Origin: a virus | IMG/VR virus record: IMGVR_UViG_3300020437_000005 | Coordinates: 18,121-82,120 of that record | Length of the DNA stretch: 64,000 nucleotides | Strand: one strand, 5' to 3' | Shown: positions 34,804 through 46,400 of the stretch, one piece after another | Position numbering within the stretch: the stretch's first letter is position 1 | Layout of the letters: the number at the start of each line of letters is the position of its first letter | Notes under the pieces: generated by a model | Told to the model about the DNA's origin: nothing | Seen by the model: only the letters and a program-made list of their open reading frames with translations | The model's database searches: none | Made by a program: the position numbers and the translations under genes

Positions 34804-34938
34804 ATGGCTAACTCTCCTGTAGATAAGAGTAAAGATTTCATCAAGTCTGGCATGACACTAATTACAGAACTTGCAAGCGATAAACATTTAAAGAAGTCAA
34901 AAAAAGTTGATAAAACTAAGATAAATAAGTCAGAATAA
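34804..34938 (+). CDS. 44-aa mini-protein (MANSPVDKSKDFIKSGMTLITE...)
   Basis: GAGG RBS; read manually. Confidence 0.55.
   Translation: MANSPVDKSKDFIKSGMTLITELASDKHLKKSKKVDKTKINKSE
34921..34927 (+). promoter_or_regulatory. Late promoter ATAAATA for the baseplate operon
   Basis: 20 nt upstream of the gp25 ATG. Confidence 0.65.
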
Positions 34939-34947
34939 TAATATTTC

Positions 34948-35349
34948 ATGCCTCTAGAAAGGGTAAGTCAAGGTTTTAAAGACATAAGCATGTCGTTTCA
35001 GAGTAACCCTCTGAACAAAGATCTTCTTGCCATCAAAAATGAGAACGCAATTGCAAGGTCAATCAAGAATATAGTTTTCACAGAACCCGGAGAAAAGTTT
35101 TTTAATCCAGATTTCGGGTCTAAACTCTATTCGATTCTATTCGAGAATATTGATGACATCTCAGCAATTAAAATTAAAGACCAAATTGAACAATCTATAA
35201 GAAACTTTGAACCCAGAGTTAATTTAATTGAAGTCGAAGTGTTCCCAGATTTTGACAATAACGGTTTTGATGTGAAAATCATTTATAGAATCATAGGAGT
35301 TGACATTGCTCCACAAGAATTACAGTTTATCTTGCAACCAACCAGGTAA
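34948..35349 (+). CDS. gp25: Baseplate wedge subunit gp25
   Basis: FKDISMSF...AIARSIKNIV.T.PGEKFFNPDFGS...FEPRV; synteny. Confidence 0.92.
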   Translation: MPLERVSQGFKDISMSFQSNPLNKDLLAIKNENAIARSIKNIVFTEPGEKFFNPDFGSKLYSILFENIDDISAIKIKDQIEQSIRNFEPRVNLIEVEVFPDFDNNGFDVKIIYRIIGVDIAPQELQFILQPTR

Positions 35350-35351
35350 AA

Positions 35352-37394
35352 ATGCCATTAGTTAACTTTTCAAACCTGGATTTTAATCAGGTAAAGACAT
35401 CTTTAAAAGATTATTTAAAGTCAAATTCAAATTTTACTGATTATGACTTTGAAGGATCAAATCTTTCGTCTATTCTTGACGTATTAGCGTACAATACATA
35501 CATTACTTCATATAATGCTAATATGGTTGCGAATGAAGTTTTCATTGATAGCGCAACTTTGAGGGAAAATGTTGTATCTTTGGCAAAAAATATTGGATAT
35601 TTACCAAGATCTAGAAAATCTGCAAGTGCTGTAATAAGTTTTTTCGTAGATACAACAAATATTTCTCCACCACCCGCTTCAATTACCCTTAGAAAAGGTC
35701 CGATAGTAGCATCTTCGTCAAAATTTGGAGGAAGCTCTTTTGTTTTTTCAATAATTGAAGATATAACGGTGCCAGTTTTTGATGGAATCGCATCTTTTAA
35801 TGATGTAATCATTCATGAAGGAGTCCTCTTAACTTCAAATTTTACATTTACATCAAGAAATCCAAATCAAAAGTTTATTTTACCAAATTCTGGTATAGAT
35901 ACGGACCTGATTAATGTTGCAGTAAAGAGTAATGAACAATCTACATCCAGAGTTAAGTACACGTTAAAGGATAATTTGCTGGAAATTGATTCAGATTCAA
36001 AGATTTTCTTCTTACAGGAGATTGAAGGTGAAAGATATGAGATTTTCTTTGGTGATGGCATCTTTGGGCACTCTTTAGAAGAAGGTAATTTTATAACAAT
36101 TGACTATATTTCTTCAAATGGAGACAGTGCTAATGGTGTCAGTCAATTTTCATTCTCTGGAAGACTCTCATATAATAGAAATGGTGTAGAATATACGGTA
36201 ACAACGGGTATTTCTCTCGTAACTACCATTTCTCCATCCTCTGGAGGACAAAATATTGAAAGTGTGGAGTCGATTCGTAAGTTTGCACCAAAAATATACG
36301 CGACTCAGAACAGGGCTGTCACTTCTGATGACTATGAAACTCTAATTCCATCAAAAATTTACCCAGAAACAGAGTCAATTTCGGTTTTTGGTGGAGAAGA
36401 AGTAGTTCCTCCACAATACGGTAAGGTTTTTATCAGTATAAAACCAAGAACAGGTGATTTTTTATCAAATTTAGCAAAAGAAAACATAAAACTCAAATTA
36501 AAGAAGTATGCGGTTGCTGGAATTGTCCCAGAAATCTTAGATTTGAAGTATCTTTATGTCGAAATCAACTCAAAAGTCTATTACAACTCAAATTTAGCTC
36601 CAAATGCATCTTATGTGTCAAGCATTGTTCAAAATAATGCAAATAAATATGCAGAATCGACAGAATTGAACAAATATGGTGCTAGATTGAAATATAGTAA
36701 GTTTTTAAAGATAATAGATGACAGTCATGAGTCGATAACATCAAATATTACGACTGTAAATATCAGAAGAGACCTTAGAGTCGCTCTCAATACGATTGCA
36801 GAGTACTCAATTGGCTTTGGTAATGAATTTTACGTTAAATTTTCGGAAGGATTCAATATTAAAACATCTTGTTTTAGAATTAATGGATTTGCGGAAGATG
36901 TTTACATATCAGACCTCCCAAATTTTGATCGAAAAACAGGATCTCTGTTTCTTTTTACTGTGCCAACAGAAAATTCCCAAAATCCGACCATTGTAAAGAG
37001 AAATATTGGTAAAATTGATTATGTGAGAGGTGTGATAACAATAAATCCAATTAATATAGTATCTGGAAAAATCAAGGATGGTCAAACTATTGTTGAAATA
37101 TCAGCTTGTCCCAAATCTAATGATGTTGTTGGATTACAGGACCTTTATTTGCAACTAGATATTAATAATAGTAACTTCGAAACCATTATTGACGATATTT
37201 CTTCAGGTTTGGACCCATCCGCCTCCAGTTACATTGTATCTTCAAGTTATCCTGATGGAAATCTTGTTAGACCTGGAGGAAAATCCAATATAACCAATAC
37301 AAATACACAGGGAGGAAATATATCTCAGACAAACCAAACAATTTCGAATGTAACAATAAATACCGGATCAAGATCTTCCGGATCATCATATTAA
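35352..37394 (+). CDS. gp6: Baseplate wedge subunit gp6
   Basis: LDFNQVK...FTDYDFEGSNLS.ILDVLAYNT...DSATLRENVVS; QNRAVT..DY; PPQYGKVFISIKP. Confidence 0.93.
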   Translation: MPLVNFSNLDFNQVKTSLKDYLKSNSNFTDYDFEGSNLSSILDVLAYNTYITSYNANMVANEVFIDSATLRENVVSLAKNIGYLPRSRKSASAVISFFVDTTNISPPPASITLRKGPIVASSSKFGGSSFVFSIIEDITVPVFDGIASFNDVIIHEGVLLTSNFTFTSRNPNQKFILPNSGIDTDLINVAVKSNEQSTSRVKYTLKDNLLEIDSDSKIFFLQEIEGERYEIFFGDGIFGHSLEEGNFITIDYISSNGDSANGVSQFSFSGRLSYNRNGVEYTVTTGISLVTTISPSSGGQNIESVESIRKFAPKIYATQNRAVTSDDYETLIPSKIYPETESISVFGGEEVVPPQYGKVFISIKPRTGDFLSNLAKENIKLKLKKYAVAGIVPEILDLKYLYVEINSKVYYNSNLAPNASYVSSIVQNNANKYAESTELNKYGARLKYSKFLKIIDDSHESITSNITTVNIRRDLRVALNTIAEYSIGFGNEFYVKFSEGFNIKTSCFRINGFAEDVYISDLPNFDRKTGSLFLFTVPTENSQNPTIVKRNIGKIDYVRGVITINPINIVSGKIKDGQTIVEISACPKSNDVVGLQDLYLQLDINNSNFETIIDDISSGLDPSASSYIVSSSYPDGNLVRPGGKSNITNTNTQGGNISQTNQTISNVTINTGSRSSGSSY

Positions 37395-37413
37395 AGACGG
37401 ATAGATAAAAAAT

Positions 37414-40400
37414 ATGTCAGAAAAAAGAATCCAATTTAATAATATTGTTCATAATCAGTTACCAACCTATGTTAGGAACGATTTCCCCCTAATATCGGAG
37501 TTTTTGAAGCAGTATTATATTGCTCAAGAATATCAAGGAGCACCAATCGATTTAATTCAAAATATTGACAAATATATCAAACTTGACAATATTACGAATC
37601 TGTCTTATTCAGCAAAATTAGCATCTAACATTGATTTTGATGATACAATCATCACCGTAGATGCTACAGAATCATATACTGGAACAAATCAGTTTCCAGA
37701 TTCGTATGGCCTCTTAAAAATTGGAAATGAGATCATAACATATACCGGAAAAACTGATTTTTCATTTACTGGGTGTATTAGAGGATTTAGTGGGGTAGAA
37801 TCGTATAGAGGAGAGGTAAATCCTGAAGAACTTGTATTTAAATCTACAGAGGCTTCTTCTCACGAGTCTGGATCGGAAATCGTAAACTTAAGTTGCCTTT
37901 TTCTCAAAGAATTTTTGACAAAAACAAAAATACAACTTATTCCAGGACTAGAAAATAGAGAATTTACTCAAAATCTTAATGAAAACATTTTCATCAAAAA
38001 TGCAAAGGATTTTTATCTAAGTAAGGGAACTGATAGGGGTTTTGAGGTCTTATTTAAATCATTATACAATGAAGAGGTAAAAATTATTAGGCCATCAGAG
38101 TTTTTGTCAACTCCATCAAATGCCCAGTATAAAATAACAGATAACCTTATTGTCGAACCCATAGAGGGTAATCCAAATGACTTAAAAGATAGAACTTTAT
38201 ATCAAGGTAGTTATGGGAAAAATATAAATTATGCATATGCTCCTATTACTGACGTTGAGGAAGTAAGAGTTGGTGTTGGAGAAACTTATTACAAACTCAA
38301 GTTAGATGCTGGATATAATAGAGATATTGGTGTTAGAGGTGCTATATACGGCGAATTTTCAGTATATCCTAAGACTCAAGTAATAGATCGAGTATCTTCC
38401 GGATCAACTGTTATAACCGTTGATTCCACTGTTGGGTTTGATTGTCCTGGAGAATTGTACTTAACGTATGATGATGAGTCTATTGGAATAGTTTCATATA
38501 CATCAAAATCTTTAAATCAATTTTTTAACTGTACAAATGTATCTGGGACTATTTTAGATAAATCTGTAGTCGGAATAAATACGTTTGCTTGTGCGTCATT
38601 TGATGATCAAGAAATTAAAGTTAGAATAAATTCTGTTTTAAATGAGATAAATTTTTCAGACAATTCAAGATATTATAAAAGCGGAGACGTTGCTCAAATA
38701 AAAACACTTGGCGCATCAGTTGATAACGCACTAACAAAAAATTGGTTTTACAATGTATCACCAATATATAAGGTAAAAAATATTGTCCTTGTAGATAGTT
38801 CTGACAATACATACAGAGTTAATCTGAATGTCGATCATTACTTTAAATTAGGAGATATTGGAACAATTACTTCAAATGATGGTATATCAAAGTATTCATC
38901 TATTATTGATATTCCATCATCTAAATCTATTGTTATTAAAGGACAAGGAAATCTTTCTTTAACCAAGAGATATACGTTTAAAAGAAATTTATTAAAGTTA
39001 TCTTCTAGTTTTTTCCCAGAATCTTCTTTCTATACTACAAATGTACAAAATGTATATCAGTCGAAAGTCGATAGAGATGAGTATATTATTGCATCACCAT
39101 CAATTCCTCACTATGAATCCCAACCTATAGAAACTTCAGATAGATCTGTTACATTTTCTGGAGTATTTTTTGGTGAGGAATTAAAAATTTCTTCAGGAAA
39201 AGACCATGGATTTTATACTGGAGATGCTGTTTACTATGTACCAGAAAAGATAATAACTACAACAACTGATGATGATGGCCAAGAAGTAACAAATACTGCA
39301 ATTTCTTCATCACTTTTTAATGAAGATTCTGGTGGCGAGGGATTATATTTTGTAAAAAGAATTTCTTCAACAACAATAAAACTCTCTAGGAGTAGGACAA
39401 ATATCTATAAATCAGAATTCATATCTATAGATTCTCCATTAACTGTAAGGAATAATAGTATAAAGCCATTCAAACTAAAATCAAAAACTTTAGAATCACA
39501 AAAAATATTCAGAAAAATATTAAAACCAACAAATAATGGATCCGTATTTAAAACCGATCCTGGATTTACTGGTATTTTAATTAATGGTGTAGAAATATTA
39601 AACTATAAGTCCAACGATTTTATTAATTATGGTAAAATCAATACTATTGATATTTTATCGTCGGGATTTGACTATGATGTCATTAACCCCCCTCCAGTAA
39701 AGATAGAAGACCCTGTAGGAGTGGGTGCTGAAGGATTTGTCTCTTTATCAGGATCTCTGAGGGAAATTAGAATTTTAGATTCTGGTTTTGATTATGAGGA
39801 GATCCCAAAAATAAGTATAACTGGTGGAAATGGTGAAGGTGCAAAAGCTTTTGCTAATATGAAATTAATTAATCATTCATTATCATTTGATTCACAGTCT
39901 CAAGTTAATGTAGATATTTCATCATCCACTATTGGATTTTCTACATATCATAAATTTAGAAACTCTGAGAAAGTAATTTATACTACAAATAATCAAAATC
40001 CTATTGGTGGTTTAGTACCAAATGAATCATACTTTGTATCAGTTCAAGATAATTTTTCCGTAAAACTTCACAAAAATCTTGAAGATGCTATTTCTGGAAT
40101 TAATGCATTGTCCCTTCTTTCATTTGGTGTAGGAATTCATGAGTTAAAGTCGTTTAATAAAAAATCGGTAGTAGAATCTATCAACATAGTTTCTCCGGGA
40201 TCTAAGTATCAGAATAAAAAAAGATCTATAGAGCCTGTTGGAATCAATACTTCATTGAATACTATTAATATTAAAAATCATGACTATGATACTGGAGAAA
40301 TAGTCAAATATACATGTGAAGGAAATGCCGTTGGTGGGCTATCCATTGATACTGAGTATTATCTAACGAAAGTAGACGATGACTCATTCAAGTTGTCGAG

Positions 40401-43400
40401 GATAAACACTGAGTTGAAATCTGAGAGAGAAGATTATTTTTATAGAACTGGTCAATATGAAAATTTAACAAGTTCTGGCATAGGAACACATGTTTTCAAT
40501 TATCAAGATATTTCTGTAAAGTTAGTAGGGAAAGTCGGAATATCTCCCATCAATAATGAAACTTTCGAGGCCAAGATTGAACCAATTTTCCGAGGAGAAG
40601 TAACATCATTATACTTATCAAATGGTGGAGTTGGTTATGGATCGTCTGAGGTCATAAACTTTGAGAGACCCCCAGAAATAAGATTAGAATCTGGATATGG
40701 GGCTCAAGTTAAACCTATTATAAGAAATGGGAGTATAGTACAGATTATAATACTGAATTCTGGTAAAAATTATACTCACTCGCCAGATTTGAATATCGTT
40801 GGTAGTGGTGTTGGTGCTGTTTTAGTGCCCATTATAGTAGATGGGAAATTATCATCTATAAAGATAAACTCGGGTGGATTTGGATATGATCAAGAAACAT
40901 TTATAAACATTTTATCTTCTGGTCAAGGAGCAAGTTTTAAACCAGTACTACAATCTTGGAGAATAAATCTTTTCGAGAAAAACTTTTCAAGAGTATCTGA
41001 TGACGATGGTTACATCACTGAAGGTGTGAATAAAAATCTAGGACTTCAATATTCTCACATATATGCCCCTAGAAAATTGAGGGAATCCGTATTTTCAGTT
41101 GATCAAGATGGAAAAATTTTATATGGCAAAAAAGATTTAAAACGTGTCAATAGTTTAGAAGTAAAGTCAACGGATCACTCACCAATTATTGGATGGGCTT
41201 ATGATGGAAATCCAATTTATGGTCCTTATGGATTTGCAACAAAATCTGGTGGAATTGTTCTTCAAATGAAATCTGGATATGATATTGATTTAAAAGAATC
41301 AAGACCCCCAATATCTTTGTTCCCAGAAGGATTTTTTGTAGAAGACTATTCTTATCGTTATGTTGCAGGTGAAGATATTCTTGATGAAAATAATGGAAGA
41401 TTTTGTGTCACTCCAGATTTTCCTGAAGGAACGTATGCCTATTTTGCAACTATTAACGATAGTTCTATAGATTCTTCTGGACCATTTGCAAAATACAGAA
41501 GACCTACTTTCCCATACTTAATTGGAAATAATTATAATGACAACCCAATCGATTTTAATTTTCAGAGCGAATCGAATCAAGATTATATTGATATAAATGA
41601 TGAGAATTGGTGTAGGATTATAAATCCATACAATTTAATTGAAGACGATATTCAATATGATTATCTTTACATACCAGAAAATTTATCACAAAAATCAACT
41701 ATAAATTTCACATCTAATGGAAGCATAGATTCTATAGGAATTACCAGTGCAGGAGATTTTTATCAAATCGGAGATTCGGTCTCGTTTGAGGATAAAAGTA
41801 TATCTGGGAACAGAGTGTCTGCAAAGATCTCAAGAGTTGGCGGCAAACAAGTAAACAATATTAGTGTAGCTACGAGTAGTATTGGAAATGTTGAAATATA
41901 CCCATCATCAATACGAGGAGAGTACGTATTATACACTCCGAGTCCACATGAGTTTAAGAATAACGATGTCATTACAATTTCTGGAATATCCACGACAACA
42001 ACTAAAATTGAGGGGACATATAAAGCAAACGTAAAGAATAATCTTTTATTCTTGGTCGGATCTGGGGAAAATATTGAAGGAATCGAATCATCAACATCAA
42101 CAGGATTAGTAACATACCTTAATGTTTCTGGAGATCTGACATATCCAAATATTAGAGAAAATGATATTCTTAGCATCGGATCTGAAAAGGTCAAAGTCTT
42201 GAATATTGATCGAAAACTATCAAGAATAAGAGTCTTAAGAGGTATTGATGACACCGTTGGATCTTCACATCCACCATTTGAAGAAATTTTAGAAGTTTCT
42301 AAAAAAATAATCATAAAATCAAAATCAAACGAGGGAGTTGATTATAAACTCAATAAAGAGTTATATTTTGATCCAAACGAATCAATTGATTTGGGTACAA
42401 ACTCAATATACATAGAAGATCATAATCTTAATACAGGGGATGTATTAACGTACTCTTCAAATACTGGAAGTCCAATAGTAGTTTCTAGAGAAGAAAACCT
42501 CTCTTCCCCAACTCCCCTTTTAGACCAACAGGAAGTTTTTGTTGCAAAAATAAACAAAGACTTTATTGGCATTTCTACAGTTAGAGTTGGTCGAGATCTT
42601 TCTGATACTTTTGTTGGTATCGCAGAAACTCATAGGGATTCCAGAACTCTATATTTCTCTGGAATTGGAACAGGAGTTTATCATAGTTTTTCTACAAATT
42701 ATAAAGTCAATACAGGAAAAATTGCAAGAAATATTGTTACAGTAGCTACTGCTCAGACGCATGGATTAATGGATGGCCATGATGTTTTTATTGACGTTAA
42801 TCCATCAACACCAACAACATTCTCTGTTAAGTATAATGATTATAATAGAAGAGTTATTATAAATCCCAAAGAATTTTCTTCTGAGGATGTCAATATAAAT
42901 GATGATACTATAACCATAACAAGTCATGGATTCTCTACCGGAGAAAAGGTAATATACACCTCAACATCTCCTTCGCAAGGTCTCGAAGATAATGGTATTT
43001 ACTATGTCATATCTGTGGACGATAATATTTTTAAATTAGCATCTAGTTATGAAAATTCTAAAAATATTAATCCAGTGGCTATTAGAATATTAGAAGCATC
43101 TCCTGGATCAATCAATCCAATAAATCCACAAATAAAAGTATATAAAAATTCTACAGCAATTTTTGACTTATCTGACAGTTCATTATCATATTCAAATCTT
43201 TCAGCATTATATCCAGCTTTTGAGTTTAATGTATACTCCGATAATAGTTTTACAAAAAAATGGAATAAAGTCGAAAGTGGGACATCATTTAATATTAAAA
43301 AAATAGGATCGATAGGAGTCACTACAGACGCTAGAGTTATTTTGACTGTGAACGATCAAATCCCAGAGACTCTATATTATAAATTAGATCCGGTATTCGA

Positions 43401-46400
43401 AAGTAATCTTCCAGAAGAAAAACAAAGTGTGGTCATAGACTTAGAAGTTACTTCTGGATCTGAAATAAAATCAGTATCTAGTCAATATAACGGTCAACAT
43501 GTAATTTCTATTAAATCACCAACAGAGTTCACTTATACTCTCGATAAAACTCCAGAAAGAGTATCTTATGCGTCTTCAATATCAAATATTTCATATACAA
43601 CAACATGTACTGATGCCTATGGTCCAATATCTGAGATAGATATAAAAAATTCTGGAGGCAACTATAGTTCTTTACCGGGGATATCTACAATAACTTCAGC
43701 ATTTGGAGTTGATGCTGTTATTGAAGCTTCTAGTAAAACAATTGGTAAAATTAAAAAGATATCAATTGACAATATTGGATATAACTTCCCTTCAGATAAA
43801 ACACTGAGTCCGTCTGTAATGATGCCTCAGATAGTTAAAATTGATCCCCTGTATTCTATAGAATCTATAGGAATTTCTTCTGTTGGCAAGGGATATGTTA
43901 GCTCACCAGATCTAATTGTTTTAGATAATAGAACAAATACTGTAGTCTCAGACTTGGATCTTAAGTATTCTTTGGGAGATTCTGAAGTATCAATTCTTAA
44001 AAATACTAATGGAATAAGTAACCTAATTCCAACAATAATTCCAACAAAGAATAGTAATGGTGTAGGAATTAGTTCATTATCATACAATCTCAATAATAAA
44101 GATGTAACGGTAACATTATCATCAGGATTCAGTGATACAAATTCCTTCCCATTTAAAGTAAATGATAAGGTTCTAATTGAAAATGTCAGTATTGGTGTTG
44201 GGTCTACCGAAAGAGGATATAATTCAGAAAATTACAACTATCAGTTGTTTACCATCACTTCTACAGACGAGAATATTGGTGGTATAGGAACAGTAACTTA
44301 TAGTATGTCAGAATTTTTTGAGGGAACCAATGATACCCCAGGATTATTTGATGATATTAATTCTGTAGGAAGAATTATACCACAAAAACACTTCCCCACC
44401 TTCAATATAGTATTGAAAAATAATCAGTATTTTACTGACGAATCTGTAAGATCGGATTCAGCAACTGGACTTATAAATGGGTGGGATCCTAAAACAGGTA
44501 TTCTGAGGATCTCATCAAAAGAAAACTTTGTTGTTGGAGAAATTATTGAGGGAGTAACATCGAAAACTAAAGGGATTGCAAAAAATGTAGAATATCCATA
44601 TTCATACTTCAATTTAAAAAGTACCTCAACAGTGGTTGATGGTTTGCAAGTAAAATCCGGATTTTTGAATGAAAATACCCAAAGAATTCAAGATGGTGAT
44701 TACTATCAAAAGTTCTCATACTCTTTAAAATCTAGAATTGATTATGATACTTGGAATGATCCTGTTTCGATATTGAATCATAGTGTTGGATATAAGAAAT
44801 TCTCAGATTATCAACTGGAATCTTCTCCAGATAATAAAACTTCTTTGGTCGTTGGACTTTCAACAGATTTAACATCATATGAAACTATTAATGATTTGGT
44901 AGGAGTAGCCAATCTAAATTGTGTTTATGATTTTGATTTGGTGAAGGAAAATTCTTTAACCATAAATTCAAATACAATATCTAATGAAGTTATCTTTGCA
45001 AATAGAATTATTACAGACTTTTCAGAATCTGTTGGAAATAGAGTTCTTTCAGTTGATGATGTAAGTAGCACTTTCAACAGTAAACCAAGACCAACAACAT
45101 TTAGCATCATTGATAAGTTTGATTCTAGAGAAAAGAGAGCACGCAAATATATTACATATGTCAAGGATAGGAGATTTACTCAACAAAGACAATTAATGAT
45201 TATCGATCTTATTAATGATCGATCATTTGGATATATGAATCAATATGGAAAGGTTGGGACATCTTACGATCAAGGATTCTTCGATTTTACTATGTCCGGA
45301 AACGAAGGTCAGGTACAATTCTTTCCCACAAAGTTCTCCATCAATGATTATGATATTACTAACATATCATACAATCTGGATGATAACTTACTCGGCGCTG
45401 GAAATACTGTTATTGGACAATCTATTATAGAAACCAGTAGTACTGCTATTTCTTATGGACATTCATCAAGGATTGTTGGTATTGATAGTGGATATAAATC
45501 CGCAAAAGTCCTTGTTCAAATATCACCAAACTCATATGAGGGAGATGAATTTGAATTTACTCAACTCAATATTGTTCACAATGGAAGCGAGGTTTCTATT
45601 TTAGAATATGGCCAATTGACTACAAGTTCCAGTCCTCATGCAACATCTGGATTTGGTACTTATTTTGCATACTTGAGTGAATCGAGTTTAAATGTAGATT
45701 TTATTCCAAATGCTGTTGGTGTCGGATCTACTGGAGTAATTAATACAATTACTGTGGGACTTGCCAACTCAACTTCAAATCAATCAGAATCGGTAGATAT
45801 GAAGCACTCTAGAATAGAATCTAGGATAACAACAATCCCATCTTCTATCTTGCCAGAAGAAAACGTAATATCAGAATATCCTTGTGATGGTACTTATGAT
45901 GTGGGATATTTTATGGTACAAGTTCATGATTCCACAAATGATGAATATCAATTTTCAGAGTTTGTTGTTGTAGATGACTATCAACCAACAATTTCAAATT
46001 ATGACACATATGATACTGAGTTTGGTGAGATTACTACTCTATCTGGTTTAGGAACAATCGGTTCAAGAGTAGTTAAATCTCCAGTCGGAACAGAAGCAAC
46101 CACTCAAGTTTTATTTACACCACTACCAGGTATTGATGTAAATGTAAATGTATATATGAATGCGCTCAGAAACGAAGACGATGAGAAAGATCAAATTTAT
46201 TTTAATAATGGATCCATAGAAACCGGTTTTGGACTTTATGAAGGAAATGAAAAAGATATTAAGAGATCTTTTGATCTAACATATAAAAATGATCCGATTT
46301 TTGAGAAAGTATTCGAGGGTAATAATTCATCCATTGTTGATGTGGACGAGGATACTATTACAATACCGAATCATTTCTTTGTTTCTGGAGAGTCCATAAA

